Shown: positions 30,202-49,100 of the stretch, piece by piece
Position numbering within the stretch: position 1 is the first letter of the stretch
Layout: each line of letters begins with the position of its first letter
DNA from: Eledone cirrhosa
Lineage: Eukaryota
Reading direction: 5' to 3'
Assembly (NCBI GenBank): GCA_964016885.1
Contig: OZ024741.1
Location: 53,382,001 to 53,446,000 of the forward strand
Length of the DNA stretch: 64,000 nt
The notes under the pieces: generated by a model
Databases searched by the model: none
Told to the model about the DNA's origin: nothing
The model's input: only the letters and a program-made list of their open reading frames with translations
Translations under genes and position numbers: made by a program

Positions 30202-31078
30202 AAATACGTAATAGTATTCGAATGTGTGCATGTATGTATATATGTACGCATGTGCATGTAAGAATGTATGCGTTTCTCTGTATAAGAAGGATGGCATACG
30301 TCCTCATATGTATGCATATATATAGTATGGAGTATATGTATGCATATATGCAATTCTGCCTTGGTATATATGTACTACGATTCTTATCTATAATACATGT
30401 AAACATATAGCAACGCACACACAAACATGCACGCACACAAACACACACACACACACACACGAATATGTATATATATGTTACATACATACATGTGTGTTTA
30501 AACGCACGAAGTATTACAAGAAAATCAAGAAATGTTCCGGGGATTTCGATTTGCATATTTAATGGAAAGATGTGTGTGTGGGGGGGGGGGGGGGGGGGGG
30601 CATGTGTGTGTGTGTGGGGGGGGGGGGGGCATGTGTGTGTGGGGGAGGAGGATATGCTTGCGTGTGTGTATCTGGTAATATGTGGGTGGATGTACGTTTG
30701 TGTGTGTATCTGGTATCATGTGCGCGTGTGTGCATCTGCCAACCTATGTGTATGTGTTTATGTGAACATGTGTGTCTATATGTGTGTATATGTATCTGGG
30801 AAGATGAGTGTGCTTGTGTGTTTATCTGGGAACATCAGCCTGTTTGTATGTATCTGGGAATATGTGCGTGTGTGTCTGTGTGTATCCTGGAAAATGTGCG
30901 TGTGAGTATGTGTGTATCTGTGAACATGTGAATGTGCGTGTATGTCTGCGCTTCTGTGTTTGTATATCTGGGGAATTGATTGTATGTGTGCGTGTGTGTG
31001 TGTATGTGCGTATCTACTAACATGTGTTTGAGTCAGATATTGTGCGTGGGTGTGTATTTATAAGAACATCTGTGTGTA

Positions 31079-31116
<38 letters not shown>

Positions 31117-31372
31117 ACGGGTGCCGTAACGATCACATAACAAGGAAGGTTAATGTGTTATACACCTAGAAGAGAGAAAGCAGTGATCCACAAAGCTGTA
31201 TTAGTCATTAAACGAGATATTAAGAGTAAAACGGAAGTAGGCAGGATAAGAAGGGGTATGTGGTAAATAGTGAAATGTTAGGGCCGTGTTGGCGGTCGAG
31301 GGAGCTGCATGTCCGCCATCGTAGTAATATAATCATTACAGGTATTTTGTTGTAAATGTCACAAAAGGTGTT

Positions 31373-31581
<209 letters not shown>

Positions 31582-31701
31582 TATATATGTTATTAATACT
31601 TAGGAGTATGTGTCGAGTATACACATGTATATATATATATATATATCTGTGTGTGTGTGTCTTTGTCTATATACATGTATAGATATATATATAATATATA
31701 T

Positions 31702-31819
<118 letters not shown>

Positions 31820-31920
31820 CATATAATGGTCGCTATATCTTTATTTTCACGCCGGTTATTTCAACTTTTGGACTTAGGTTGTGATTTCCTTCTCAAATAA
31901 CATTATTTGATATATGCAAT

Positions 31921-32104
31921 GGCGGTGGATTGGCAGTATCGGTAGAGGGTCGGACGCCATGTTTTCCAGCATAGTTACGTCCCTTTACAATCTGAGTTCA
32001 AATCCCGCCGAGGTTGACTTTGCCTTTCATCCTTACGGGGTCGATAAAATAAAGTACCAGTAATGCACTGGGTAATTGCTGGCCTTGTGCCTAAAGTAGA
32101 AACA
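31921..32104 (+). mobile_element. full-length tRNA-derived Meta-domain-like SINE with 13-bp TSD
   Basis: A box tggcagtatcgg, B box gttcaaatc, core gcctttcatccttacggggtcgataaaataaagtaccag; attatttgatata at 31902-31914 and 32105-32117. Confidence 0.9.
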
Positions 32105-32497
32105 ATTATTTGATATATACATTGATCAAATCCGCACATACGATGTTAATACACCTAGACAGACATACTCACCATCACGAAAATGGTATGCACCACTCCA
32201 ACAACACATACGCACATTCAAACAACCTAGAATTAAATACATTCTCTTTTATCCTCTTTTATCAAGGAATATCTTTACTCTTTTACTCTTTTACCTGTTC
32301 CAGCCAAATGGCTGAAGTCATCTTTGTATTTTATCTACTCTTTCTTTCTGAAACTTATCTTTCTGTTTCATCTTCTCTTGATGAAGAATTTACGGTCGAT
32401 ACGTTGAGCTTTCCTTTACCGTTTTCCAAGCGTGAACCTTATATTAATTTTGTATTTGTGACTGTGTTATGACTTTTTTAGAACTATACACACCAAC

Positions 32498-32582
<85 letters not shown>

Positions 32583-33189
32583 TGTATGTATGTATATACA
32601 TATACGCATATGCGGCCGAGATGGGCCGAAACCTATCAAAGGTACACGTACACACGCATATATATATGTATATATATTACAAACAGGATATCAGGAAAAA
32701 CTAGGCAACATGAGTTGAAGTTCGAAGAAGCATTTATTATACAATAGTTTCTAACACGTGTTTTAATACAGTTATGCAATCGCCTTCTTAAACTGAATTG
32801 TTACTTAATCCACTATCTCGAAAAGCGTAGTTAAATTCAGCAGATCATCAGAGTGATTTGGGTGAAACTGAAGTGAAGTGGACGACGTGGTGCTTACATA
32901 GTAATTTATGTACGTACACAGATATATGTTCGATGTATCTATGGCCAAGTATGATAGATAATTTATATATAAATTTAAACAAATATACAAATCCACATGC
33001 ATGCCAGCAAGGCATTGGTGTACAAGCTGAAGTGTTAAACTAACTTGAAAGAAACCAATAGATTGTGTTAGTGGGTCATTAGAAGAATAGGAGTGGTGAC
33101 AAGTAGAGACGTATACTTTGTAATATTGTTAATATTATGTGTGTGAAACATACATATACACAACGTCCGAACACAAAGGAACCAAACCC

Positions 33190-33425
33190 TCCACTGTCAC
33201 TGCCTCGGTCTCTCCCGCTCTCCCCATGTCTCACTATTATGAGTAATTGGGAACCCACATGCTGGCCACCCCGTAGGGTCGGCAGACATAATAGAGAAGG
33301 CGTTTCCCCGGAGGATGGCGGGGGAAACGCGCTGGAAGAGCCATTCCGGCTCGGGAGGCTCACACCTGTGAGTAGCCAAATCAGTGCCGATGATGGCGAG
33401 AAGGGAGGTTGGTTAGGCACTGCCT
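33190..33425 (-). mobile_element. CRE-clade non-LTR retrotransposon 3' fragment
   Basis: Minus translation EPPEPEWLFQRVSPAILRGNAFSIM matches the QRxSxAxxRGNA C-terminal motif of CRE-type elements. Confidence 0.65.
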
Positions 33426-33605
33426 ATTGGGAATGTGGGCTTGTTAAAATATGTAGGAGAGAAAATGTATTTAGGAAAAGGCGAAAGCTATTGCAATATA
33501 CAAATATTTATGTGAAAAGAACAAAGGATGAGAAAAGATTTTAGGGATATATCGCATGTGATGTTTGTAATTTAGGCTGGTTGATGGCGCCAGGCGACAT
33601 GAAGA

Positions 33606-33691
<86 letters not shown>

Positions 33692-34110
33692 GATTGATGA
33701 CAGGTTGAACTATAGAGATATATATGGCCGTAATAATATTTAGTTAATGCGCATGTGATTAAATGCTGGAATTATCTCGAAAATAGATGGAGAGATATGG
33801 GATCGAATCTAATATAGTTCAGATAGTTAGTATTGTATGCGATGTAGAATCTCACGTTTGTGTAGAACATACCTATTTAAGGCAATGCAGCGATATTTAT
33901 GTTATATAACTCCATCGGCTTCTTTGAGCATAATATAACGGGTAATTCTTGTTTTGTTAGGCACATCCATTTTACATAAATGTGAATTAGCCTACAAAAA
34001 GCGGATACTCCTATTTCTCTCGTATGTACACACACACACACACACACATACACACATACATACATACATACATACATACATACATACATACATACATACA
34101 TACATACATA

Positions 34111-34530
34111 CATGGTGGCTGCCAACTCGTTTTCGAGTACGGCCACTACTTTATATCCATGTAGGAGAACCCCTACCGATGCGCTGAACGAGTGTAACTT
34201 TTTAGTCCAGCCAGCGACTTGAACACTCTGGTACAAACACTACACTTGTAACAATTATTGAAACATAGTGCTGGGCCCATGGTACCATGTGACGACAAGT
34301 GCAGAGAGATCTCCAGATACAAAGCAATGCATGTGCCGTGAAGCTTTTATAGTAAGCAAAGGCACTGCACAAAGCCAGTCCCACTCTCTTAACCAAGATG
34401 AAATTTACCAAAAAGAAGAACAAGTCAACATCATTGGATACCATCAGGGTTGCAGGTGTTATATCAGAGTTTTCCTTCTCCTAGAATTCTGCCTTGACAA
34501 AAGCTAAGGGGTCATCTCTCCCGGGATGAT
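34111..34530 (-). mobile_element. RTE-derived element (subfamily A), 5'-truncated tandem copy
   Basis: Near-identical to 34560-34975; (TACA)n on both sides. Confidence 0.8.
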
Positions 34531-34559
34531 ACATACATACATACATACATACATACATA

Positions 34560-35170
34560 CATGGTGGCTGCCAACTCGTTTTCGAGTACGGCCACTACTT
34601 TATATCCATGTAGGAGAACCCCTACCGATGCGCTGAACGAGTGTGACTTTTTAGTCCAGACAGCGACTTGAAAACTCTGGTACAAACACTACACTTGTGA
34701 CAATTATTGACACATAGTGCTTTGCCTTTGGTACCATGTGACGACAAGTGCAGAGAGATCTCCAGATATAAAGCAATGCCTGTGCCGTGAAGCTTTTATA
34801 GTGAGCAAAGGCACTGCACAAAGCCAGTCCCACTCTCTTAACCAAGATGATATTTACCAAAAAGAAGAACAAGTCAACATCATTGGATACCATCAGGGTT
34901 GCAGGTGTTATATCAGAGTTTTCCTTCTCCTAGAATTCTGCCTTGACAAAGGCTAAGGGGTCATCTCTCCCAGTGATTTTGGATGGCCATTGACTCTTAA
35001 GAGCTCCTTTGCCCTTTGACAGGTTTTGTTTTTAGTCCTGCAGGATGTCCAAAGTCACCCTCCTCACCAAGAAACCTTGGTGGGGTTGCCAGTTTAGTCG
35101 CCAACGACCCGACCATGAGACAGGTTGTACTGGGATACATGTTACCAGTAGCACCAAGTGGTGACCTGAC
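34560..35170 (-). mobile_element. apparently full-length (~610 bp) RTE-derived bipartite non-autonomous element
   Basis: 5' structured head and ctaggagaaggaaaactctga RTE 5'UTR motif joined to an RTE-like C-terminal zinc-finger remnant and 3' end; (TACA)n flanks; no RT domain. Confidence 0.75.
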
Positions 35171-35214
35171 ATACATACATACATACATACATACATACAT
35201 ACATACATACGTAT

Positions 35215-36272
35215 ATGGATGAAAAATTGCAATCTTATCAGCAAAATGAATGAAAACCTGCATGCTTATCAGCAAAAAATCATGAATGGATATGTTGCCA
35301 GGAAGCTCCAGAGTTGGAGTAATATAGATAAGGAAAGTAGTCTATCTTGGACCAACAACCGCTATAGTGGCTCCCACTTTGAAGGATACGCTTTTGCAAT
35401 CCAAGAACAGGAGATTAACACGAAATACCTGATTCACAAAGAGATAGGGATGCAGGCAAATCACACCTAGATGTGATAACAAGTGCAGACTCTGCAGAAC
35501 TAACATCGAGGATATCACCCATGTCATCAGCAGCGGTCCAAAGATGTCATAGCGGTACTATCTACTTATGAGGCATGATGTAGTGGCCAAAACACTGTAC
35601 AATGCAGTGCGTAAAAAAGATAACCCCGACAATAAACACATTAAAAGCTACAGCAATGTGGAAGACATCCATGTACATAACATGAAAGAGTACTGGTGGA
35701 ATGTTCCAGCAAAAACCCCAATAAAATGCAGACATAAGAGACCAGATATTATGATATGGGACAGGGAGAAGAAAGCATGCACAGTAGTGGAAATTAGCTG
35801 CCCAATATAATATCAAAGATTAGCGAAAAGGAGAATATTTATGCAGAACTGATGAGAAATCTGCAGATATTCCAACCCGATTGCACCTTCTGATTATTGG
35901 GGCACTGGGATATGTTAGTAACTGCCTCAATACAAATCTTGAGAAGCTAGGCTTCACAGGAACAGAAAGAACACAACTAGTGAGGAAATTACAAGTACAA
36001 TCCATTAATGGAACAGTAAAAATATGTAAAACATTCCAAAAAATGTGCATCTAATAACAGCATATATACATGTACAGATGCAAAGCATATACACATGCAC
36101 ACATACAACTAAAAACATCCACATCCACACATACAATATCATCCATATCTACACATGCATGCATACATAATCTACCTAATTGATGTTGTGTAAATTCCAA
36201 TGAGAGAGTTTTGTAACTATGTTAGAAACCGACTCTCACTCTATTGGCAAAAATATGTGAAATTATAAAACC
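35215..36272 (+). mobile_element. decayed 5'-truncated R4/Dong-clade LINE in (TACA)n
   Basis: Broken frames give SHFEGYAFAIQEQEINTKYL, KCRLCR, RHD, RPDIMIWD...VEISCP, KICKTF. Confidence 0.85.
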
Positions 36273-36332
36273 TACATACATACATATATATATATATACC
36301 TAACTGTACCAATATATATATATATTTATATA

Positions 36333-40979
<4,647 letters not shown>

Positions 40980-41218
40980 GTTCAGTTAGGTATATTTAAA
41001 AAAGGAAAAGAATGACTTCACTTGTAGTTCTAAACAATTTGATCTCAGTTTGACAATCGCCACCGGCGAATGTTCTCCAGGAATGTTAACAAGGAATCTT
41101 TAAAAATTTCCCCACCGAACTTAACAAAGAACTTACTAGATCCTTGAAACCAAATAGTAAAATTATAATATAACATTAAAATAAATTGTCTAGAACTACG
41201 AGTGACGCCATTTTCTTC

Positions 41219-41265
<47 letters not shown>

Positions 41266-41912
41266 TGTATGTGAGTGTGTGCGTTTGAATATATATGTGG
41301 ATAGAATACTGTACCAAACCTATGGTGTTTCAACAGGTGTTTAAAGTTGGTATCAATGCTTCTTTGAACCTGTAACACCTCATGGAGACGTAGTGGCGCT
41401 CTATTGACATGTATCTTCTCTTGGAATTCTAAATCTAGCAGAGCCCATCTCCTCTGCTGATTTCTTCCAAAGAAGCATTGGCAATCACATAGAGGAAATG
41501 AAAAAGAGATATAGAGGATGAATCAACCCCAGTACTGGACTGTAACTTTATTTATCGCTCTCGCCTCCATAAGTAACGAATCTATTCAATATACATATTA
41601 CAATTGATACAAACTGTCTGTTATATGATTAACAACAAAATAGCCATCTCCCTCTTCAGAGATGACTAAGCTACAAAGGTATGGGGTAAAGAAACTCTGA
41701 TTAATTAATATTACATTCCTGGTTTTTGTATAATGAAATAAAACAATTCAAATATGTAATACAGCGGCAGGAGTTTCTGTACACACACGTATACACACAC
41801 GCACACACACAAAGACACACTTACATATATATATATAAATACATATATATATACACTCTCATACCCGTAGGACAGGCAATCTTTATAATAATATCCTCTC
41901 TCACTCTCTCTC

Positions 41913-42007
<95 letters not shown>

Positions 42008-42034
42008 TAATACATAACATATATATATACACAC

Positions 42035-42065
<31 letters not shown>

Positions 42066-42174
42066 CTGAAACATACTGTCACGTTTAAACATGAGCTTGT
42101 ACAGGCAGATATATATTCATAGCAACAAATAATCCTATAGTTATTTTTATACACACTCATACACACACACACAT

Positions 42175-42232
<58 letters not shown>

Positions 42233-42801
42233 TGACAGGCAGTCATACAACTTATAGATAGTCAAGGAAATATAAAGACAGAACGTATGGAATTATCGAT
42301 TCGATATCACCGTAGCTATCGTCTTCTCGCCTTTCTCCTCTCCTTCCTACTCATATACTCTTTCCCTCTCTCTTTCCCTCCTCCTACTCCCAATCCACTC
42401 CCACCTCATTATCCTCCATTCACCATCCTTGTTATAATATAATTTCACAACCATCATACAGGTCTTGTCTGAATGATGAGAGATATGTTTGAAACAAATA
42501 GCGTAGATGTATAGGAAATAATCGTGGCGAAGATCAAACGGTTGCTGCTTTAATATATTGTTAAGTAAGTGCTGTGTATTAGCCCTATTCTGAACCAACG
42601 ATACCATTAACGAGATTACATCTGTTTCACTTGCGACATCTTTCCTATATCTCTTAACGCCATGATAATATAGCTTATACGTGGCTGTTGCTTACACAGT
42701 TTCGGCAAATATTAAAAGCAAAATGGCAATTTGTATATACATGTTCGTGTTTACACAATTGATGTTGTGCTTGTGCGTGCATGTGTGCGCGGTGCATGAT
42801 T

Positions 42802-42843
<42 letters not shown>

Positions 42844-42930
42844 TGCCTATCCACATTGATAATATTTACACTCTGTTTACAGTGATGAAATCAGTAAAAC
42901 ATCTAAGCAGTCTCCCTCTCCTATCTCTTT

Positions 42931-42992
<62 letters not shown>

Positions 42993-43199
42993 TTTACTCT
43001 CTTTCTCCCTCTCGACCTATCTGCTATCATCATAAACGTCGTTGTTGTCTTCTTTTTCACCACCTTCACGTATACATACATATAAATATATATGCATATG
43101 CGCACATACACGCCCACACACACGCGCACACACACATATACACATGCACACACTCAGATATATCTATGTATATATATACAAACACACACGCAGAACGTT

Positions 43200-43936
43200 C
43201 TCAAAAATGTACACTCACTTTGAGATACGAGAATTATAAATCGTATATACACATTCCAGCACTAGTCCATGCCCTTAAAGAAGATGATTCTGAACAAAAC
43301 GTATTTTGTGAGTGTTACCTGGCAAAAGATGTGACTGAAGCACAGTTTCCAAACAACATTTTTGTAAATGGTGAGGCTACATTTATGTTAAATGGCTCCG
43401 ATAATCGACAATTTCGCATAGTGGGCACCGCAGTCGTCCCATATTACGATTGACCCTCAAGTTATCTTACAATGGGTTACTGTCTGGCGTGGCTTATCTT
43501 CGTTTGGAGTAAATAGACAATTCTTTTCTGAAAGCAGTATCACTGGTACAGCTTCTCTGGATTTGATACGAGAATCCATCATGCGCAGCATGAAAATGAT
43601 AATTATTTTCAGCAAGATAGAATTCCTTTCCACCAAATGAAATAATTCGCGATATCACAGATTACATTCGTCTACATTATCAGCATTATATGTACAAGGT
43701 TGACTTTGCCTTTCATCCTTACGGGGTCGATAAAATAAAGTACCAGTAATGCACTGGGTAATTTGCTGGCCTTGTGCCTAAAGTAGAAACAATTATATGT
43801 ACATCATTTTAAACACCTACGATAACTCAAACAATTATAATCATGTTTACTTTGTTTTGAATAAACACTTTAATATTTTATATAAACATTGTTTTTTTAT
43901 CATCATTCAAAACTTGTGGATCTTTTGATGGGCACC

Positions 43937-43940
<4 letters not shown>
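43200..43940 (+). mobile_element. Tc1/mariner transposase remnant with 3' TIR-like end
   Basis: LVHALKEDD...FCE...NIFVNGEATFMLNGSDNRQ resembles xxSDEAxFxLNGxVNxxN; ends gggcaccct. Confidence 0.65.
43697..43791 (+). mobile_element. 5'-truncated SINE with 12-bp TSD, inserted in the mariner remnant
   Basis: attatatgtaca at 43685-43696 and 43792-43803. Confidence 0.9.
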
Positions 43941-43971
<31 letters not shown>

Positions 43972-44593
43972 TGTAAATCAAAATAGGACATATCTCATTT
44001 TTTAATGATAGGAAAGTGAAATCAAAGACAAAGTGTGATTGAATAAGAATGTTATTGGAGGTTTTGTTGTGATGGTCAGATAGGCTTGATCTAAATTTCC
44101 TAAATGACCATTGGTGAAGCAACAAAATAAAATGAATGTGATAAAATTGAAAAAGCAATAAAATATTGGTGTATATAACAAATAAAAACGACTGTTTGTG
44201 AGCCCCCTCCCCTCCTCCCGTTGTCCCCGAATTTTTATGCAATGTGCTGACGAAAGGCCGCACACATCTACTTAGAATCGTCTCGGACCGTCAAAGACTC
44301 AATTGTGCTTTTGTTGGCATGCTGCGCCAGCCATTCGGCCCCACCGAAATGTTCTCTTTTCCTCGTTTCTTAAAGCAGGTACCTTAGCTCAGACAATTCC
44401 ACCCTAATGTTTTGCATGTTTCGCATTCAATAAATGGTGTATTGCAATTGTCGCCACTAACGGGACTACTGCAAAGCCACGTCTAATCGCCCCTTCTAAT
44501 TTATCTACTAACTCCCCCTCATTTATATTTGTTTCTAAATACAGCCTTGAGGGCACACTACCGATTGTTGTTGACAACTCCTCCTTTCAACAT

Positions 44594-44763
44594 TTGCGTA
44601 ATGAAGGTGCTAATCCGGTTTGCTGTAGCCTCTACACACAGGGGACGTTGCGTAATGAAGGTGCTAATCCGGTTTGCTGTAGCCTCTACACACAGGGGAC
44701 GTTGCGTAATGAAGGTGCTAATCCGGTTTGCTGTAGCCTCTACACACAGGGGACGTTGCGTAA
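44594..44763. repeat. perfect 54-bp minisatellite, ~3.1 copies
   Basis: ttgcgtaatgaaggtgctaatccggtttgctgtagcctctacacacaggggacg at 44594, 44648 and 44702. Confidence 0.97.
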
Positions 44764-45027
44764 AGCTTCTACTAACCGGGTCCCTGTTTACGTGTCAACA
44801 CCTCATGCGGATCGCTTATGCTGGCCCAGGCTCTATCTACTGCTACGAGTTTGGCCGCCAAAGGCCCAAATATTTTGGGGTCGCCTTATGCGAGGGCAAT
44901 GTATGCTACCCTATTCACAGTTTATAATAAAAAAATATTTACACATATCGCAATTCGAGCAACTTAAAACAATCAAATCTCGGAGTTCACGATAATACGT
45001 CTTCAGAAATCAGTCAACAATAATAAA

Positions 45028-45087
<60 letters not shown>

Positions 45088-45409
45088 TGCTCCCGTAAGT
45101 TTTTTGATTTTTAACATATTTAAATCAATTGTGAAAGAACAATTCTTAGCACAAATGTTGCATAAAGGCACCGAATGAGGTCCCATAAAGTTTCGGATCC
45201 ATATTATATTGTTGTATCGCTCAAATATTCAATTTTGTATTATATATTTTGTATTCAAAAAAAGAAAATGGTTATAAATGGAACAAAACACCTTCTGTCT
45301 ACACTATATAGAACAGCGGCAATTTCAATTTCACCAACACCAGAAACTTGATACACTACCTATCCCATCACACTAAATATAACGGCAACTTCACCGGCAT
45401 CATAATAAT

Positions 45410-45524
45410 TGTTTCTACATTAGGCACAAGGCCAGCAATTACCCAGTGCATTACTGGTACTTTATTTAATCGACCCCGTAAGGATGAAAGGCAAAGTCAA
45501 CCTCGGCGAGATTTGAACTCAGAT
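45410..45524 (-). mobile_element. 5'-truncated SINE with 11-bp TSD
   Basis: atcataataat at 45399-45409 and 45528-45538. Confidence 0.85.
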
Positions 45525-46104
45525 CGTATCATAATAATAATTACTATTATTATTGTCTCAAATTTTAAAAAATGTTTAATTCAAATTTTACGGGAATATG
45601 TCAACACAAAATATAATGAAAATATATATTAAACATACGAACAGAAACTCATCGATACTATATCAGTAACCACAACACCACCACATCCATCATCGCCGCC
45701 ACCACTCATTCAATGCTACTGACACTATTCCCCTGTTAACTTGAAAGAGAAAAGGGAAGGTGGCGGTAGCACTAGACAAGAGAGAGGCTAGCAAAAGATA
45801 TAAATAGATTGACTTGGTGACCTTGCCACGGACAAACGTCTACATCAACAATTATGGGACTGCTGGCCCACCCCTTCCTCACCAACAATATAAAAAGCCC
45901 CGGCACCACCACCGACATAGCCAGCAGCAATAACAGCCAACTACAACAAAAAGTATATTATATTATTGTAATGCACTGGGTGATTGCTGGCCTTGTGCCT
46001 GGAGTGGAGACAATTATTAATAATTTCATTCTTAAGCCACGCAATGCTCACATTAAGGAACCACTCATGATAATAACAATTTAAAAAAAACAAACAAAAA
46101 GAAA

Positions 46105-49100
46105 ACCCCGTGACCAAGAAATACCGGGATGGCGGCCGGCGGGGAATAGCCATGTCTCTAGGGGAGAACGACCCCTCTAGTCTTGGTTGACACTCGTTCT
46201 AGAAGTGGTAACACGAAATGATTACCCCTTGGCGGATAAGGATAAAACGCGACAAAATAAAGTAGATGTCTAATGATGAAATCTCATACCGGATCGGCCG
46301 TCACCCGGGTAAAAAAGGGCCGCGTCCCTCAGAGAGGAACCAGACTGGGGTAAAAAAATCAGCTAATGGTTCAAACCTTCCCATCACTTCGGAGCTGGAG
46401 ACCTCCCATAACCGGAATACTCCTACTGTTGGCCCTCCATGCTCACCACCAAGAAATCCAAAGAAAAAGAGAGAAAAATGGTCAAGGGAAGATAATAAAG
46501 AAGTCCTTGAGGCTTTCTACACTGCCATGTACTACCCATCAAATACATCGAATACAGAACAAACATATATCAACTGGAAAAAGAAACATCCCGAAAACAG
46601 AGGCTATATTGACAGTAACAAACTAGCCAATATACGAAGAAATATTGTAAGAAAAAAGTTACTAACTGATATAGAAATTGATCAGATCAAGCTAGTAGCA
46701 CAAAGTCAGCGAAGGGAAAATGAAGCATGTGTCAGTGAAAACGAGGTAAACTGTAACACTTCGAATCCCAGGGTTGGGGCGGAATCACTGGCAACAGAAC
46801 AAATTAAAGAAAGGAGCGAAAAAGTGGAGGGAGTGCATGCTCAGGATGAAACTCCAAATGAAAATAATGAGATCGTAAATGATAAAGAAATGAATGAGAA
46901 TGAACTTGCCAACTTGAAGGATGAAATTATGATCGAATGGATGAAAATGAAAGAATCTGACATGGGGGAACGAGACACCCTCCCTAAGATCCAGAACTCC
47001 AAACAGAACCAAAAGATAATACACAAGACTAACATAATTCTCAAAAACATTATCATCACAAACAAACTAAACATTACTGACTTAAATCATCTCTATTATG
47101 CATCGGCTAAAGTCACCACTCACTTATGTGGAGTGAAGATGAAAAAACAAAGGAATTCCCACAAGAAATCTACTTGGCAAGATAACATCAATCGCCAAAT
47201 AAACCTTCTCCGATCTGACATAGAAATTTTAACAAACTATAAAGTAGGTGAACATGTTAAACAAACTAAACTTAGAAAATTGAAAAAAAAGTACAGTATA
47301 AGATCAACATGTGACATAGACATGCTGATAGAAACAATCAAGCAAAAAGTGTCGGCCAAAGCTGCTCGTATAAGGCGCTTTGAAAAACGATCTAGATTCT
47401 ATAAGGACAATAATATGTTCAAAAACAACCAAAGAAACTTCTACAGAAAAATTGGTAAGTCAACAATAACTGCTAAATCAATACCACCCAAGGAGGAAGT
47501 GCAAGAATTCGGGGAAAAGATCTGGGCCGAAGAAAAAGTTCATAACATACATGTCCCATGGATAGACAGACAAATGAAAGAAACAGCTCACCTTGAAGAA
47601 CAAACATGGGAAAATATAACAGTTGAACAGCTGCGCTTGGCTCTAAGAAAAACCAGCAAATGGAAATCCCCAGGAAAAGACAAAATACAAAACTTTTGGA
47701 TAAATGCCTTCACAGAGTCTCATGAGCTGTTAGCCCAACTTTACAATGAAATAGTTAAGGAGCCAGAAAAGATACCATCATGGCTAGTTAACGGCATTAC
47801 ATTCCTGCTACCGAAGAATGATGAGACAAACAATCCCAAAAATTACAGACCGATAACCTGCTTGACCACAATGTATAAAATTTTAACATCAGTCCTAACT
47901 GAATACACATATGACCACCTGATAACAAATGACCTATTTCCCATTGAGCAGAAAGGGTGTAAACGAGGCTCATATGGCTGTAAGGATCAGCTTCTGGTTA
48001 ACAAAATGATACTGGAAGATTGTCATAATAGACACAAAAATCTATCGATTGCTTGGATAGATTATAAAAAAGCATTTGATAGTTTGCCACACAGTTGGAT
48101 TGAAAAATGTTTAGAGATTTTCAAAATATCCCCCGTTGTCAGGAGGTTTTTGTCATTCAGTATGAGGACATGGAGAACGACACTCCTTTTGAATAGTGAA
48201 ACAAAATCACTGGAAGCTGGAGAAGTTAACATTAATTGTGGAATTTTTCAGGGTGACTCTTTATCACCGCTTTTATTCTGCATCGCACTTATACCATTAA
48301 GTAAAATGCTCAATGAAACAAAACATGGATATAGAGTCCATGACAAAACCATTAATCACCTGTTCTACATGGATGACCTGAAACTATTTGCAAAAAATGA
48401 TGAACAATTGCAGGGGCTATTATCCACTGTGAAGCAGTTCAGTGATGACATTAAAATGGAGTTTGGACTGGATAAATGCGCCAAAGCAACGTTCACCAGA
48501 GGAAAGCTGCTGAAGAGTTCAGACATTAATCTTGATCGGGGGAACGTGATAAGAGAGCTTGATCAAGAACAAACTTACAAATATCTAGGTGTTTGTGAAG
48601 GAGACGGAATCAAGCACTCGACAATGAGGGAAAGGATAAGGAAGGAATGTTACCGCAGAGTCAGAGCAATCTTAAGAACGGAATTGAATGCAAGGAATAG
48701 GATCGATGCCATAAACACGCTTGCCATACCAGTAGTAACCTACAGTTACAATGTCATCAACTGGTCAAGCACAGAGATCCGTAGGCTCGATACAAAAATC
48801 CGAAAATTCTTAACCATGCACAGAATGCATCACCCTAAGGCAGACATAGATAGAATATATCTCCCTAGGAAAGAAGGAGGACAGTTAGACATTGCGTTGA
48901 AAACTGCAACAATTGGATTATCCACATATCTAAGGGAATCACATGATTGGATGATCAAACTCGTTTTGAAACACGAAAGCACCAAAAGATCATATTCCAT
49001 TACAAAAGATGCACAAAGATACAGTAATGGACTACACATTTCAGAAGTCCCATTTACTGCTGAAATGGAAAACACAGAAAAAGCAAAGCAGGTAAAAGTA

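Noticed and set aside
31921-32010. tRNA gene
   Set aside because: A/B boxes are present but there is no full cloverleaf; it continues into the SINE core and has TSDs.
44594-44763. CRISPR-like array
   Set aside because: Units are contiguous with no unique spacers, there are no cas genes, and the context is eukaryotic.
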